From the NCBI GenBank assembly GCA_965153455.1, contig OZ234493.1, forward strand, positions 19,706,213 through 19,770,212: a stretch of DNA of 64,000 nucleotides. The letters are read 5' to 3'. This document shows positions 24,845 through 36,236 of the stretch, one piece after another. A program made the position numbers and the translations under genes. The notes below the pieces were generated by a model that worked only from the letters and a program-made list of their open reading frames with translations, did not search any database and was not told where the DNA came from. The DNA is from Sphagnum compactum (Eukaryota). Each line of letters starts with the position of its first letter. Positions within the stretch are counted from its first letter, which is position 1.

Positions 24845-26233
24845 ATGTACCCAGTAGCCACCAAACGCTGTAACTGCTGCCTCTCCTACATGCTGCTCCA
24901 CATCTGCATTTGTCTTCTTGTAGTGGGGTTGAGCTCTGGGATGACTCCTCCTAGGCCTGGAGATCTTGCCTCTCACACTGCCACTGCCATTCCTAGAGAA
25001 GAAAAGAAACCACCTCCACCCAAGTCTGACAACAAGGGAAGACATGAGGTAGACTTCATCATCAACTCTGGAAAACCTATGGCCAGATCACTGCAAGAAG
25101 ATGAAGAAGAAGTGCAGCAGAGCATCCAGACAGTTTTGGTTGTGTCAGCAGATGGGCATCCAGATCATTTTCCTACAGTCCAGGCAGCAGTTGATGCAGT
25201 ACCCATGTGGAATTACTTAAGGTGGATCATCTACATCAAGTCCGGGACATATGTGGGCACCGTTTTCATTCCGGAAGGAAAAGACTACATCACACTCTTG
25301 GGAGAAGGAGCAGACAGCACAGTACTGACATTCAACAGAAAAGCCTGTGATAAGAGGCCAGATGGTACCAAGTACACTATTCTCGACTGCCCTAGTGTGA
25401 TTGTTGAAGCATCTTACTTCACTGCCAAGGATATTACATTTGAGAATAGCTCTCCAAAACCAGCAGACCTTGACTATGATTCCCAGGCTCCTGCCATTCG
25501 AATCTCTGGTGATAATTGTGCATTCTACAACTGCAACTTCCTAGGATGGCAGGATACTCTGTATGCAGACCAGGGCAAGCACTACTATGTTGGATGTCGC
25601 ATTGAGGGGAATGTGGATTTCATTCTCGGATATGCACGAGCAGTGTTTGAAAGTTGCACCATTTACTCAAGAGGTGAAGGATTTATTACTGCTCAAAGCA
25701 GATGGTGTAAGGACGATTGCCCAGGAACTGCAGATTCTGCATTTGTCATCTTGAGGTCCAATCTGACTGGCTACCGTTTAGCAGAGTACAACTCTACTGG
25801 GACAGGACTCACTTATTTGGGTCGACCCTGGAGGGAGTTTGCAAAGGTTGTGTTCATTGACACAACAATGGGGGAACATATTGCACCAGAAGGATGGGTT
25901 GATTGGCTTACTGATACAGGGCCACTTTTTTCTCATGGTAGTGTTTATTTTGCAGAATTCAGAAGCACTGGTCCAGGTGCCAATGCTTCTGCTCGTGTAG
26001 ATTGGTCTCATCAACTCTCAGATGAAGAAGCAGAGGCTTACAGGGATGTCACAGGTTTTTTGGAGGCTGATACATGGCTGGAGGCTCCTCCCTCCCTGGA
26101 AGACTTGATGAAGGCAAATCTTTTGCAGGATGAGAGCTGGGGCAGAGCCATAGCTCTAGAAGGCCATAATAGCAAGAAGTTCCCTCCACGGCGGTGGAAA
26201 AATTTGAGTGCAAAGGATCTAACTACTCCTTGA
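24845..26233 (+). CDS. PME: Pectin methylesterase (pectinesterase, CE8) without PMEI pro-domain; 462 aa from first ATG; intronless CDS
   Basis: PME motifs FPTVQAAVDA, IYIKSGTY, QAPAIRISGD, FLGWQDTLY, EGNVDFILG, YLGRPW and YFAEFRSTGPGA. A hydrophobic signal-like segment (MLLHICICLLVVGLSSG) is present. A polypyrimidine-CAG acceptor at 24790 indicates a 5'-UTR intron. Confidence 0.95.
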   Translation: MYPVATKRCNCCLSYMLLHICICLLVVGLSSGMTPPRPGDLASHTATAIPREEKKPPPPKSDNKGRHEVDFIINSGKPMARSLQEDEEEVQQSIQTVLVVSADGHPDHFPTVQAAVDAVPMWNYLRWIIYIKSGTYVGTVFIPEGKDYITLLGEGADSTVLTFNRKACDKRPDGTKYTILDCPSVIVEASYFTAKDITFENSSPKPADLDYDSQAPAIRISGDNCAFYNCNFLGWQDTLYADQGKHYYVGCRIEGNVDFILGYARAVFESCTIYSRGEGFITAQSRWCKDDCPGTADSAFVILRSNLTGYRLAEYNSTGTGLTYLGRPWREFAKVVFIDTTMGEHIAPEGWVDWLTDTGPLFSHGSVYFAEFRSTGPGANASARVDWSHQLSDEEAEAYRDVTGFLEADTWLEAPPSLEDLMKANLLQDESWGRAIALEGHNSKKFPPRRWKNLSAKDLTTP

Positions 26234-28617
26234 TCTCTTTTGTTGTCTCTTTCTTTTTACCTACCTTTAGGATGGTCAAGCATTTTTGGCTATTGTATTC
26301 AGTGACTGCTGACAGTCAACCTCCTATTGTAAATGTCCATTCATTTTAGTGTCACTTAGGATTCTGGTGCAGCACATTGAGTTGAGATTCTATTTTTTCT
26401 CCCTCATAAGTGTTGCTGGGTGTATAACATCAAAGGTGCATCCCTCTTTTTGAAGAGGGCACATCTGGAACACAAAAAGCTCTTAGTAATCCACTGAAGA
26501 GTGTACGTGACCACTAGTGCTTGGGTGGATACAACCACAAAGCAAGCATAAAACAATTTATTGATCTAGGATGTCAATTCCCATCTACCCACTATTTATG
26601 GTACCTTGGATGGCTTAGAATGTGAGAGCTCAACTGGGGACATATAATTTTGTATGTAGAAACTACAACTAGCTTATACTGTGAACATCTATAATATAAT
26701 GTACATCTGCATGCCAAACAGCAAATTTGATGGCAGAGCCAAAGGGGTCACCTGGGCTGAGGTTTCTTCTTGGATAGTTTTTAATAAAGCTGACAACACT
26801 CTGCTCGTTATCTTGTGGTTGGTTTCTTGTTGTATATTTGAGACTAAACTCAATGACTTTGTATCAGCTTTTGAGTATGTTGGTTCTACCTGTTGAAACT
26901 GTTTGATTCTGATGCAGCATGCACACTCAAAGTAGCCTTCTACTTGCAGGTGAGTGCATAGTTTTTGTTTGTAATTATCCTAGTCTAATAGTCTATCCAG
27001 CCCTAGTGATCTAAGAATGGAGGGGCCTTTTCCAAATTCTGGTAGGGTCTTTTCTGGTACAGGGGTGTAAATTCCTCTGTGGTTCCCATCCTAATCAAAT
27101 TGTTTCTGAAATGTGCATGACCAGGAGTCTATACTGGAGTGGATCTTGTACATGTATAGCCTTCAACAGTTGTAGGTACTGTTCCCAAATACCATCATGA
27201 TGCAGATTTTGGTATGACACTCCCTATGTGCAACCTGCAGATCACGTCTATAGAATATGTAGGATCTTAGAAAGATGTTGCATGTAAAATCTGTACATGT
27301 TTGAATTGTGTCAGCAACATGAGTGTGCTCACATGTCTGTTTACACTTTACACTCATCCCAGGGAGACATGGTTCACGACATGAAAAACAGAGGCGGGCT
27401 GAAAAAACCAGGACTTTTTTTTTTTCCCGTAACAAGAGGTACAGGCTGATTGTTTCAGAGCCCAGATTCCTTACATGTTCTTTGATTTTCCATTCCAGCA
27501 ACACGTCATATTTCATTGGGTTAATAGCTAACCTGCACCTAGTAAGTCTGAGGCTAATACCTTGGGCTAATATCAGAAATCTGCCGTGCTAGCTAGACTT
27601 GAGGCTTGAGATTGCAGCTCTTGCATTTACTTACTCCACAATTGAGCCTGGGATGATTTGCTTGATGGTGCAATCTGTAGTTTTTTTTTCTCTTTCAATG
27701 TGTTTTGTTCATACTGAAAATATTCTTGCTCACTGTGGTCCCTTGAGGCTTGGTCAGGGAAGAAAACTTTTATGGCTGGTTAAGAGGGTTGTTTTTACTT
27801 TTTATGACTCACCTACAAAAAACCCTTAATGCCTAGCCCTTACTCCATACTAGCCATCTAATGCATCTACTTACCTAGTAGTCAGCTACTGTCCTTCCTA
27901 CTTAACTACCAGCCTACCTACCTGACCTATTTTTTAGACAGTACATTTCCCAAGGTGAAACCCAACATCAACTCAGCTGGGGTTCATCCACAGTTGAGTC
28001 ACATGGACTTCCAAGAGATGGTGCACTGGCAGCTGTTGGTTTACTTTGGCTGACATTTTGCTGGTAGTTCAGGTTGAGGTCCAAGCATATGTTGTGAACG
28101 GGTTGGTCATAGGAGAATACTGTTTCTCCAGCTGCTTGTTTACTTTGGCTGACAGTGTGCTTGTAGTTCAGGTTGGCGTCCAAGCATGCGTATGAACAGA
28201 TCACAGAAGAACTCCATTTCTCGAAGCCCCCATTCAAGAATTTACAAAAACAGAAATATTAGTAAATTATGTGTTGATGAAGAGGTTGACATGATGGGTA
28301 GAGACAAATGCAATCTATTAAACAAGACATGGGGGGCCACTACAAGTCTCATGAGCATTTTGTGAGCCTTGCCACCTTTGATTGTAGGTTCAAGCAATTT
28401 TATTACATTGTCAATTGTTGCTACTTTCACACTTGCACTGCTTCAGACAAAGGGAGGAATTGTTCATAACATTTGTTTTTTTGGTGGTGTAACCTAGTTT
28501 TCACAGTTGACTTACAAACCCTTGCCTTTTTCATAAGTCTGACATTTATAAACCAGATTGGATGGTCCAGGAGCACAGAAGGTATAAGCTATAAACAAAT
28601 AAATAGGCCTTTTGTTA

Positions 28618-29700
28618 CTACAGAGTGGAATCTGGAGGTAGACCCAGGTAGAGCCTTGCCACCAAATCATTTCTTTTGGACCCTCTCTCTGTTTTCCAGG
28701 CTGCAAAGATCGCTGTCCTGCAACAAAGGAGGAAAAGCTAAAATTCAGCAACATGTTCAAAACACCACCTTTCCAAGGGTGTTATAGAATGCTAGAAAAA
28801 CAAAGTTTCTCTCTGGAATCTGGACTTTTGGACTCTCGACCAGTGTTGGTCTGGCATCGAACATACCAGCCTGGTCCTGGTAGATGGGGGGGGGGGGGGG
28901 TTTTATTGCATACCAGGTGGGTATGGGTATTGGGTACTTTACTCAAAACTTTCATACTAGTCTGATCCTGTTAATGGGTCCAAGACTGATTTTTGGCTGA
29001 TATAAGATTTGTACAAAGTTGGTATTACCTCAAGTCCCTACCAGGCTGGTACTAGTATGTGGGTGGTATTGCCTCAGACTGTGAGGGTCCTTGCTACCAG
29101 TGTTGATTCGTTGATAGGCCAGATCAACACTCGTACCAGGCGCAGGCCTACATACCAGACCAACACTCCTCTGGAATGCAGAACTTCTGAAGCATATGAT
29201 CAACACAGAGTCTGTTGGAGTTCATTTGTCCAGTGAAAAAGTACGTCCAATACGCACAAAGTACCTTGAGCCTTCTCTCATGATTACTGACACAGAGCAC
29301 CAGTACCAAGGAATACTTACTTGCACAGTTCATGCACACAAACCATTTTCAAAAGGGCAAATACTTGCGGAGAATTCCAATCATACAAATGTGGGGAATG
29401 TAATATTTTGAAGGTTGAGCCCACCCAAAATATTGCCTGAACATGAAGAGGTGGAAAAGGCCATGTAGTGTAAGTAATATAAGAAGGGTTTAAAAACCTT
29501 AGAAAGCTCTGACCACTTCACTGCCAGAGAATTGGGTTGTGCTTGCTTCCATAGTTTGATGCTTGGGAGACACCTTTTATCTGGTGAAAATATGCTAGCT
29601 TTGAATATTGGCAACTTGAGGGACTTGTTGATCAGATATGAGAGGTCACTCTTTGTATTTGCTGGGTACCCTTTACATTTGGAGAGTGTTATTTTGCTAC
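28618..29700 (-). pseudogene. Cryptic multi-exon gene or remnant of unknown family (exons 29700-29498, 29436-29321, 28717-28516; stop at 28620-28618)
   Basis: Three AG/GT-bounded segments join in consistent phase to give ~138 uninterrupted codons (..SKITLSKCKGYPANTKSDLSYLINKSLKLPIFKAS..KWSELSK|AIFWVGSTF..VHELCK|TAIFAAWKTERGSKRNDLVARLYLGLPPDSTL*). One intron is only 61 nt. Confidence 0.45.
28841..29168. mobile_element. hAT-like MITE with ~17-bp TIRs and a degenerate 8-bp TSD
   Basis: Left end CAGTGTTGGTCTGGCAT; right end ATACCAGACCAACACTC is its inverted match. Flanks CTCTCGAC and CTCTGGAA match at 6/8. Confidence 0.7.
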
Positions 29701-30289
29701 CTAGTTTATAGATGGGACAAAAGTCAATATTTTTCCTTATTTATTTATAAGAATGGTAAATTCTGGTAATTGGTAAACATATTAACTTAATTATAATTTG
29801 AAAGATGTTCTACACTATAGTTTAAATGCATTAATTTCTAACAACACTTTCAAGATTTTATGTTAGCCTAGTTTATACTTTTTCTAATTTACCTCCAAAC
29901 TAATGAACAAACACCTTATTTTGGACTCATGTAGTTTTCATAAAAATGAAGGTGATGTCCCTATGAAGTAGTTTGGGATTTGCTTGCTTTGTTGTTATAA
30001 CAGATCTGAAATAGATTTGTTTGCTGGATTGTTGTCAAGTTTTCTTAAATATTTTTAATGATGAAAATGTACCAAATGTCAATAAAACAAAGCACCCAAC
30101 AAAGGGGGAGAAAAAGATACAAGCTGGAAGGACCCAAGTCCTCACAAAGAAAGAATCCCCCACACAAGGGAGATTGCTATGAGAACAAGAATAGAGGTCG
30201 CTTACACTCATTACAATGCCACTGTCACCTTCTACTTGTAAAATGAATGCAAAATCAAAAAGGAAGGCCTTTAATGATTTTCGCTTTTC

Positions 30290-30790
30290 ACCCCATGTTA
30301 GCACATCGATGAAAAAAATTGTCAACTTGCTGATGCAAACACCCAAAGACCTTTATGGCTAGAAGGAGAAACATGTTTGCTGGGTACTAATTCCGATGAA
30401 AACCATCCTTAGCTTGAGCCTTGACTATCGTGACAACCTCATACAATAAAGGAACCCACAAAACCAAACATACTCAAATGGGGTTAACAATGATGATGTT
30501 AGTCAACATCCGAACACCATCCACTGAAATCATAATGTTAACCTACCAACATGAAAACTAAAGGGCAGGTGACAAAAAAACATGGGTTTATTCAAGTAAA
30601 ACGTGAAATCTTGCATCCTTCGAAATAGACATAAGAGCATCTCACACAACATCATAAGCAATTGTTTTTTCCCCATCATGGGCACAACTAAAAAATTGTA
30701 TAGAGTCCAAAGGTTGGCCACAAATGCAATGTGACAAACCAAGGGTTAAATGATGGGGAAGGGAGTGATAATGGTTAAATGAGCCAAAAA
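30290..30790 (-). mobile_element. Decayed non-LTR retrotransposon, zinc-knuckle plus restriction-like endonuclease region (CRE-like)
   Basis: One frame with many stops reads HCICGQPLD..SCAHDGEKTIAYDVV*DA..VDGVRMLTNIIIVNP..AQAKDGF..FLLLAIKVFGCLHQQVDNFFHRCANM. This resembles the CCHC/RHD/D..D/K..Y/F.P.A.E.FG signature of RLE elements. Confidence 0.65.
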
Positions 30791-31587
30791 CCATGTCGAA
30801 TGATTGAAAATTTGTCAAATTTTTCAAACATATTTATGTAATTCCATTTTAATGTCATGTTGATCAAGGAAATTTGTGCTAAATGATTTATATGAATGTT
30901 CAAAAAATTATTTAATTTAATAAATTGAGTTTTAGTTTTAGGAAAAAACTTTTGAACTTTAACACCCTAAAATCAATATTATAAAACATTAGGTTAAAGA
31001 TTCTTTTAATAAAAAAAATTGATGGGAAAAAATTTGAAATGATGATAACCTACCATCCACATATGAAAAAATTTCATAATTTAAAAATGATGGCACTTGA
31101 AATTTTTAGAAATTCAAAATATAATTTTTAAATTTCTAAAGTCATTTGCTAAATGTAAATGGGTCATAATTTGTATGACATATGAACAAAGTTTTGGCTT
31201 ATGATGTAGAAAATTAAAGCTTAAAGTAATTATCATATTTTTGCATGATTTGAAATAATGATCATTTTCAAAACAAAATGTAAAATTTGGCTGAATTTGT
31301 ATACTTGTAGAAAATTCATATTTATTCAAAAAGAGTTAAGACAAGTAATGTAAATTATGGGAGGATTGTCAATATTTTTAAGAACACATTGCAAAAAAAA
31401 TCCTTTCTATGAAAAAATCAAAATGTTCAAAAAATGTCATTTATGGTTGAGTCCTTTGTCACCATTGGTTCATTTGATTAATATTGCACCTAGAAAGCCC
31501 AATTGAATGTGTAACACAATGGTAAAAACACATAAAACCAACTAGGAAAAAAAATCATTTAATGAATAAAAAACCATGCATTTGCAT

Positions 31588-32490
31588 TGTCACAACCCTA
31601 GCTTTGGGCTCATTACCAAGGCAAAGGCATGGAAAGGTGCAGGTTGGAAGTGTAACCCAAAAGTCACATTTGCATTCCCGGGAGTGTGAGGGAATGAACC
31701 CACACACTCTCAAATGAACTCCCACTTTGGGAATTGGAATCCTTATGGAGTCCCGAATCTTCAAAGAGGTATTCTAGGGGTCAAAATTCATTGGATCAAA
31801 GAGTTTCTTATACCATTAGAAAGTTGTTGAAATGTAAATGTCCAGAATGGGCTCGCATGACCCATTTGAATATTTAAAACATAAGCTATGGCCAAAAGAA
31901 GGGTTGGAAATCAAAGTGCCAATTTGACTTCCATTCACTAAAAGTCGAAAATCACCCTGAAATAAGTGCATGTAGGTGACATGCCACATATCATTGGAAA
32001 ACTCTTGACAAGGGTTACAATTTTGCTTTAGACTTCACATCCATCGAAGGTCTACACAAGAAGTTATGGTTCTCCAAAGTGCCAGGAATCCCAATTTCGG
32101 AAATTTTGAGACTCCCAACTTGGGAGTCTCGGGACAAAATGACATTTGGATGCAGCCCTCGTGGCTAATCACAAAAAATACTATAGGGGGGAAGGTGGTG
32201 TCTTCCCCCAAGTCCGGGCTGTGGTGAGTCATGTGAATCCGTGTATGCTCGTGGCTCGTCCTTCCGTGCACATAAAGTGCTCCAACTACGTACTAACTAA
32301 CTTGTTATTTGGTTTGTGTAGGTCTGTGTGAATAATTGACCCGTTTGTCATTCTTTTTAATCCCCATCCCGAAACTCCAACATGCCCCTTTACCCTTAAA
32401 GTGCTACGAGCTAAAGAGCGTACCCCAACTCTTTCTTTTGTTGTTTTCACTTTCAGACTCGCATTTGAGTCTTTCAAGGAGTGGCGATGT
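31588..32490. mobile_element. Solo LTR (probably Ty3/gypsy), ~0.9 kb, 3' end degenerate
   Basis: Begins with TGTCACAACCCTAGCTTTGGGCTC and contains CTCCCACTTTGGGA and ACTCCCAACTTGGGAGTC motifs, resembling an abundant moss LTR family as I recall it. No internal coding region, no clear TSD and no terminal CA. Confidence 0.7.
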
Positions 32491-32639
32491 GCGTATGCAC
32501 CCAACCTCGCATAAGATCTCAAGCATGATTGATGCAAATTAAAAACAAATAAAAAATGATGTTACTAAAAAAATGGTCATAAAATTGTTTTGAAATATTT
32601 TCTTGAAACCAATATGTTTCCTTCTTTGCCAATTACTCG

Positions 32640-33430
32640 AATGGGGGGTATGCACGACGTTGTCATCAGGGGAAGAAACACCCACATGGCCTTTATTGCT
32701 TGAAGCTCCTATAATATGGTCTTTCATGAGATGGTGTTGAAAGCATTTGCTACATCCACTTAAAACATCATCCAATTGAAATGGACATCCAAAACGGCTC
32801 GAATACTATGGACCACTACCTCACAACCACCCCTAACCACCATGTCAAATTGATGCACCAATATGTGAGAAGAGAACACGTCACGAAACTATAAATTGAT
32901 ATAATGTTTCGCCCATTGCAATCAACCAAATGTCACCTAAAGTTTTGGTCAAAGCCAAAAGCTTAGTGACATAAAAAATGCAAGCTACAGATTGTGAGAT
33001 GTAACCAAATGGAACAGAATGAAACCATTAGCCGAATCTTCAAGGTCAAAAAAATGTTTTAAATGTTCAAAGACCATGCCTAATGGACCACTTGTTAAAA
33101 AATAGGACATGTGCAAGAAAACTGACCTAAAAGGATCCAAGGAAAGCTTCATAAATATGTCTGGTTGAAAATCCATCAAGGAGTTTGAGCAAGGGGATTC
33201 TAAATCTAAAGGATGTAAGGCTTGCAACACATAAACAATCAGTGATGATGCTAAAGTCAAGGCAAGAAAGGCAAAAGCCTTAGTGGCACTCATAAACTCC
33301 TCAACATGCCCAATGGCTAAACTCCATCCTAAATGATGTATAAGGGGCATAACAAGAACATAATTAAAAGGGGTAAGGTTGCCAACGAAACTTGGTTTGA
33401 AGACAAAATCATTATAAGTGCATGGGCCCA
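32640..33430 (-). mobile_element. Decayed reverse-transcriptase region of the same CRE-like non-LTR element
   Basis: Minus-strand translation gives SGPLGMVFEHLK, TLGDIWLIAMGETLYQF (cf. RPIAVGE..YR) and HQFDMVVRGGCEVVVHSIRAVLDVHFNWMMF*VDVANAFNTIS (cf. QFGV..GG.E..VH..D..NAFN). Confidence 0.7.
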
Positions 33431-36236
33431 AAAAACATGTTTTGCTTAAAGTTCCTCTTAGTCCCCAAACAAAAACTATTAAAAGTGCACCCTAATCTTT
33501 TTATACTAAGTAATTCCACCTCGAGGGAGAATGACAAAACACCACTAAAGGAACAACAGGAATAAGTGCCAAGTAGGCACATCGAATCGGTCTTGAGCAA
33601 GCCAGTTAAAATTAAAGGGATCGCACATACATACAAGGTCAAAGAAGACCCCGAAAAAAGACACTAATGGGATCCAATGCTATTCAAGTCCAAGCTATCA
33701 CAGGGGAGAAGGGGCTAAAGAGGTGACCAAGAAACCAAGAAGGCTATTTAAAAGTAGAGCTTGAAAAGCCTAACAATGCCTTTGATGATGGGTCATGCCT
33801 TGTTACAAAAACAATGCCTCCATGAGTGGGCTTTCAATGGAAAAAAGGAGGTAATAACTTGTTCTTTAACTGGTCTTTGAATTGGGTTTGTCATTTTGAA
33901 GAGATCCATTCCTGTCATGAAATTAAGTGTTCAGTTTTTGACATACAAGGAAAGAGGCATTCAGTCAAGTACTTGCACCCATGCATTGTTGAATGCAGGT
34001 ATAAAACTGGCCGTTCAACTCCACAAAAGATAGATGGAGGGTGGAGGGTTGACACTCGACAGTCTTTGAATTGTATTCCAGACAGAACTGGAGGGAACCC
34101 AATCCTCTGCACAGTATTCCACTCCCTCTCTAAGTTAGATGCAGTGGCTTCCTGGACATTTTACTGGACCCAAGACTGCCATAATTGAGACCATAGTTGA
34201 GATAACAAGAAGTTGAAGGTTTATAGGCTTGGCTGAAAGTATTTGTGTGTTGAGGCAAGTTCAAAGCTCTCTGTTTAGAGCTAAAAACATGAAAGCTCAG
34301 GAGGAAAAACGAGGAGTAGATTGTGCACAGGTGTTCACAAATGCCTGTAAAATTCTACAAATGGAATTAAGCATGGATTCCACTTTCCGCCATTAATTCA
34401 TTCTATTCCAGCAGAAAAGGACTGGTTTACACAATGTTGAAATCTTTTGAGAATGGAAAAATGATAGGAATGCCCAAGTTAAGTCCATGTGAAGAGGGTG
34501 TTGAGGGGTGCATCTATATCAAAGCTTAAACATTCGATAATCATTGCCAAGGCCTGTGCTTTATGCTGCTGGTGAGCTTCAGAAACCTATCAAGCTTGCC
34601 CTTCTTGAGAGAGTAGTTGCCAATATGCAGATCTGCAGGTTTTTTGCAGCTACAACCCACAGAGACAGCTGAGTGCATCTCCATCCACACCCCATATTTT
34701 GAGTGTAGATCAGTTTACCACATCCAAGGATTATTCCCCCTTCCCCATACAAAAACATGAAAAAATGACGATATAAAGTGAGAAACTATTTAAACATCAC
34801 CACCTCAGGCAATCGTTATGGTTGGCCAATGAAAAAAAGTCATTTCCTTTTACGGGCGATCTTGGAGGGCACTGTGTACTGAACAAATTACAGGCGTAGG
34901 CCCTGAATTTTCGTGCTACCAATTTGATTGCTACACTTCATCTAAAATATAGTGTACAGGTCATTTTACTGCTGTGGTGGAGATCCTCTGCCCCTCAGAA
35001 ACTTCCCACATCTACAAGAAAGTTCACACCACACTCGGTGGACAGTATGAGTACATGACTAGTGTCTGAAAAATTTAAGCACCTTTCAGTGGAAATTTTT
35101 GAAGGAAAGATTCAAGCAACTTATTCTCAATGAATTATCAAAGTTGCAATGTTAGAATGGAAAGTGTTTGGAATATTTTGGGCCCCACTTACATCTGAGC
35201 TGTGTGCATGGCTGTTCAGGTATGAACTTTCTCCTGGAATATTAAAGAAGTTTTCTTCACAATAAACAAATAAATATGAGAAACATGAAACACATCTGTT
35301 TGAATACACATCCATTTTCATACATCGCACAGGTGGAAGGATGATAGGTCTCCTTCTTGCAGATATTGTGCTAAAGTTGTGAGTATTGTCAGCAGGAATA
35401 TAGGCAGAAATACAACACATTTGACAGAATATGTGAAGGATTGACAATGATCAATGTGAAGTTTCTTACAGTTCTCAGGGGAGCCACTCTTATGGCACTA
35501 CCCTACAGGTAAACCTGACACCCATTCCACAAACAGCCAATTGTCATCATCTGAATCCTGTGATTTGATTTCCTTGAGGTTGAAATTATGTTTGACACAA
35601 TCTCAAAATGCTCAAACCTTTCCCCAAAAACCAAATGCTACAACCCAGATATACTAGAGAGTTGCTACAAAGATCATGAGAAACTTGGTTTGCAAATATT
35701 GCTGATTTTACTACAACCTACACATCAACTCAGGAATTGCAGTGCCACAGGTATTAACAGATTAAACCAGTAGACTCATCTGGATTCAACAATTGTTAAA
35801 CCAAAAGTTCTTAGTAGCTTGAAAGTAATCCCAAGAAGGAACTTATTCCAACAAAGGAAAAAGAAGCAACAAGAGACAATAAGGAATGGAGAGGAGGAGG
35901 AAAGTCTAGGATGGTAGGAAGTATGACACTTCCACAAAAGTGATTGTGCAAGAACAATCTTACAACTCCTCTTCAACCCCTGAAACAATGATGTGTACAG
36001 GATTTCATCCTATCGTAGAAAGAGAAAAACAAAGATCAATTTGGATATGAAATTCCATCATGCCAAGCTCTGCAGAGTTGCTACACACAAGTCCTTGAGC
36101 AATCCACTGAGACACATCAGACTAATCTGTAGACTCAACATTCCAGAATATTTCCAGGTACTGTGCCTGAGAAAGAAGACCATCATACACAATGTATCTA
36201 ATTTTATGATGCTTTAAACTCCAGACCCCAATCAAA

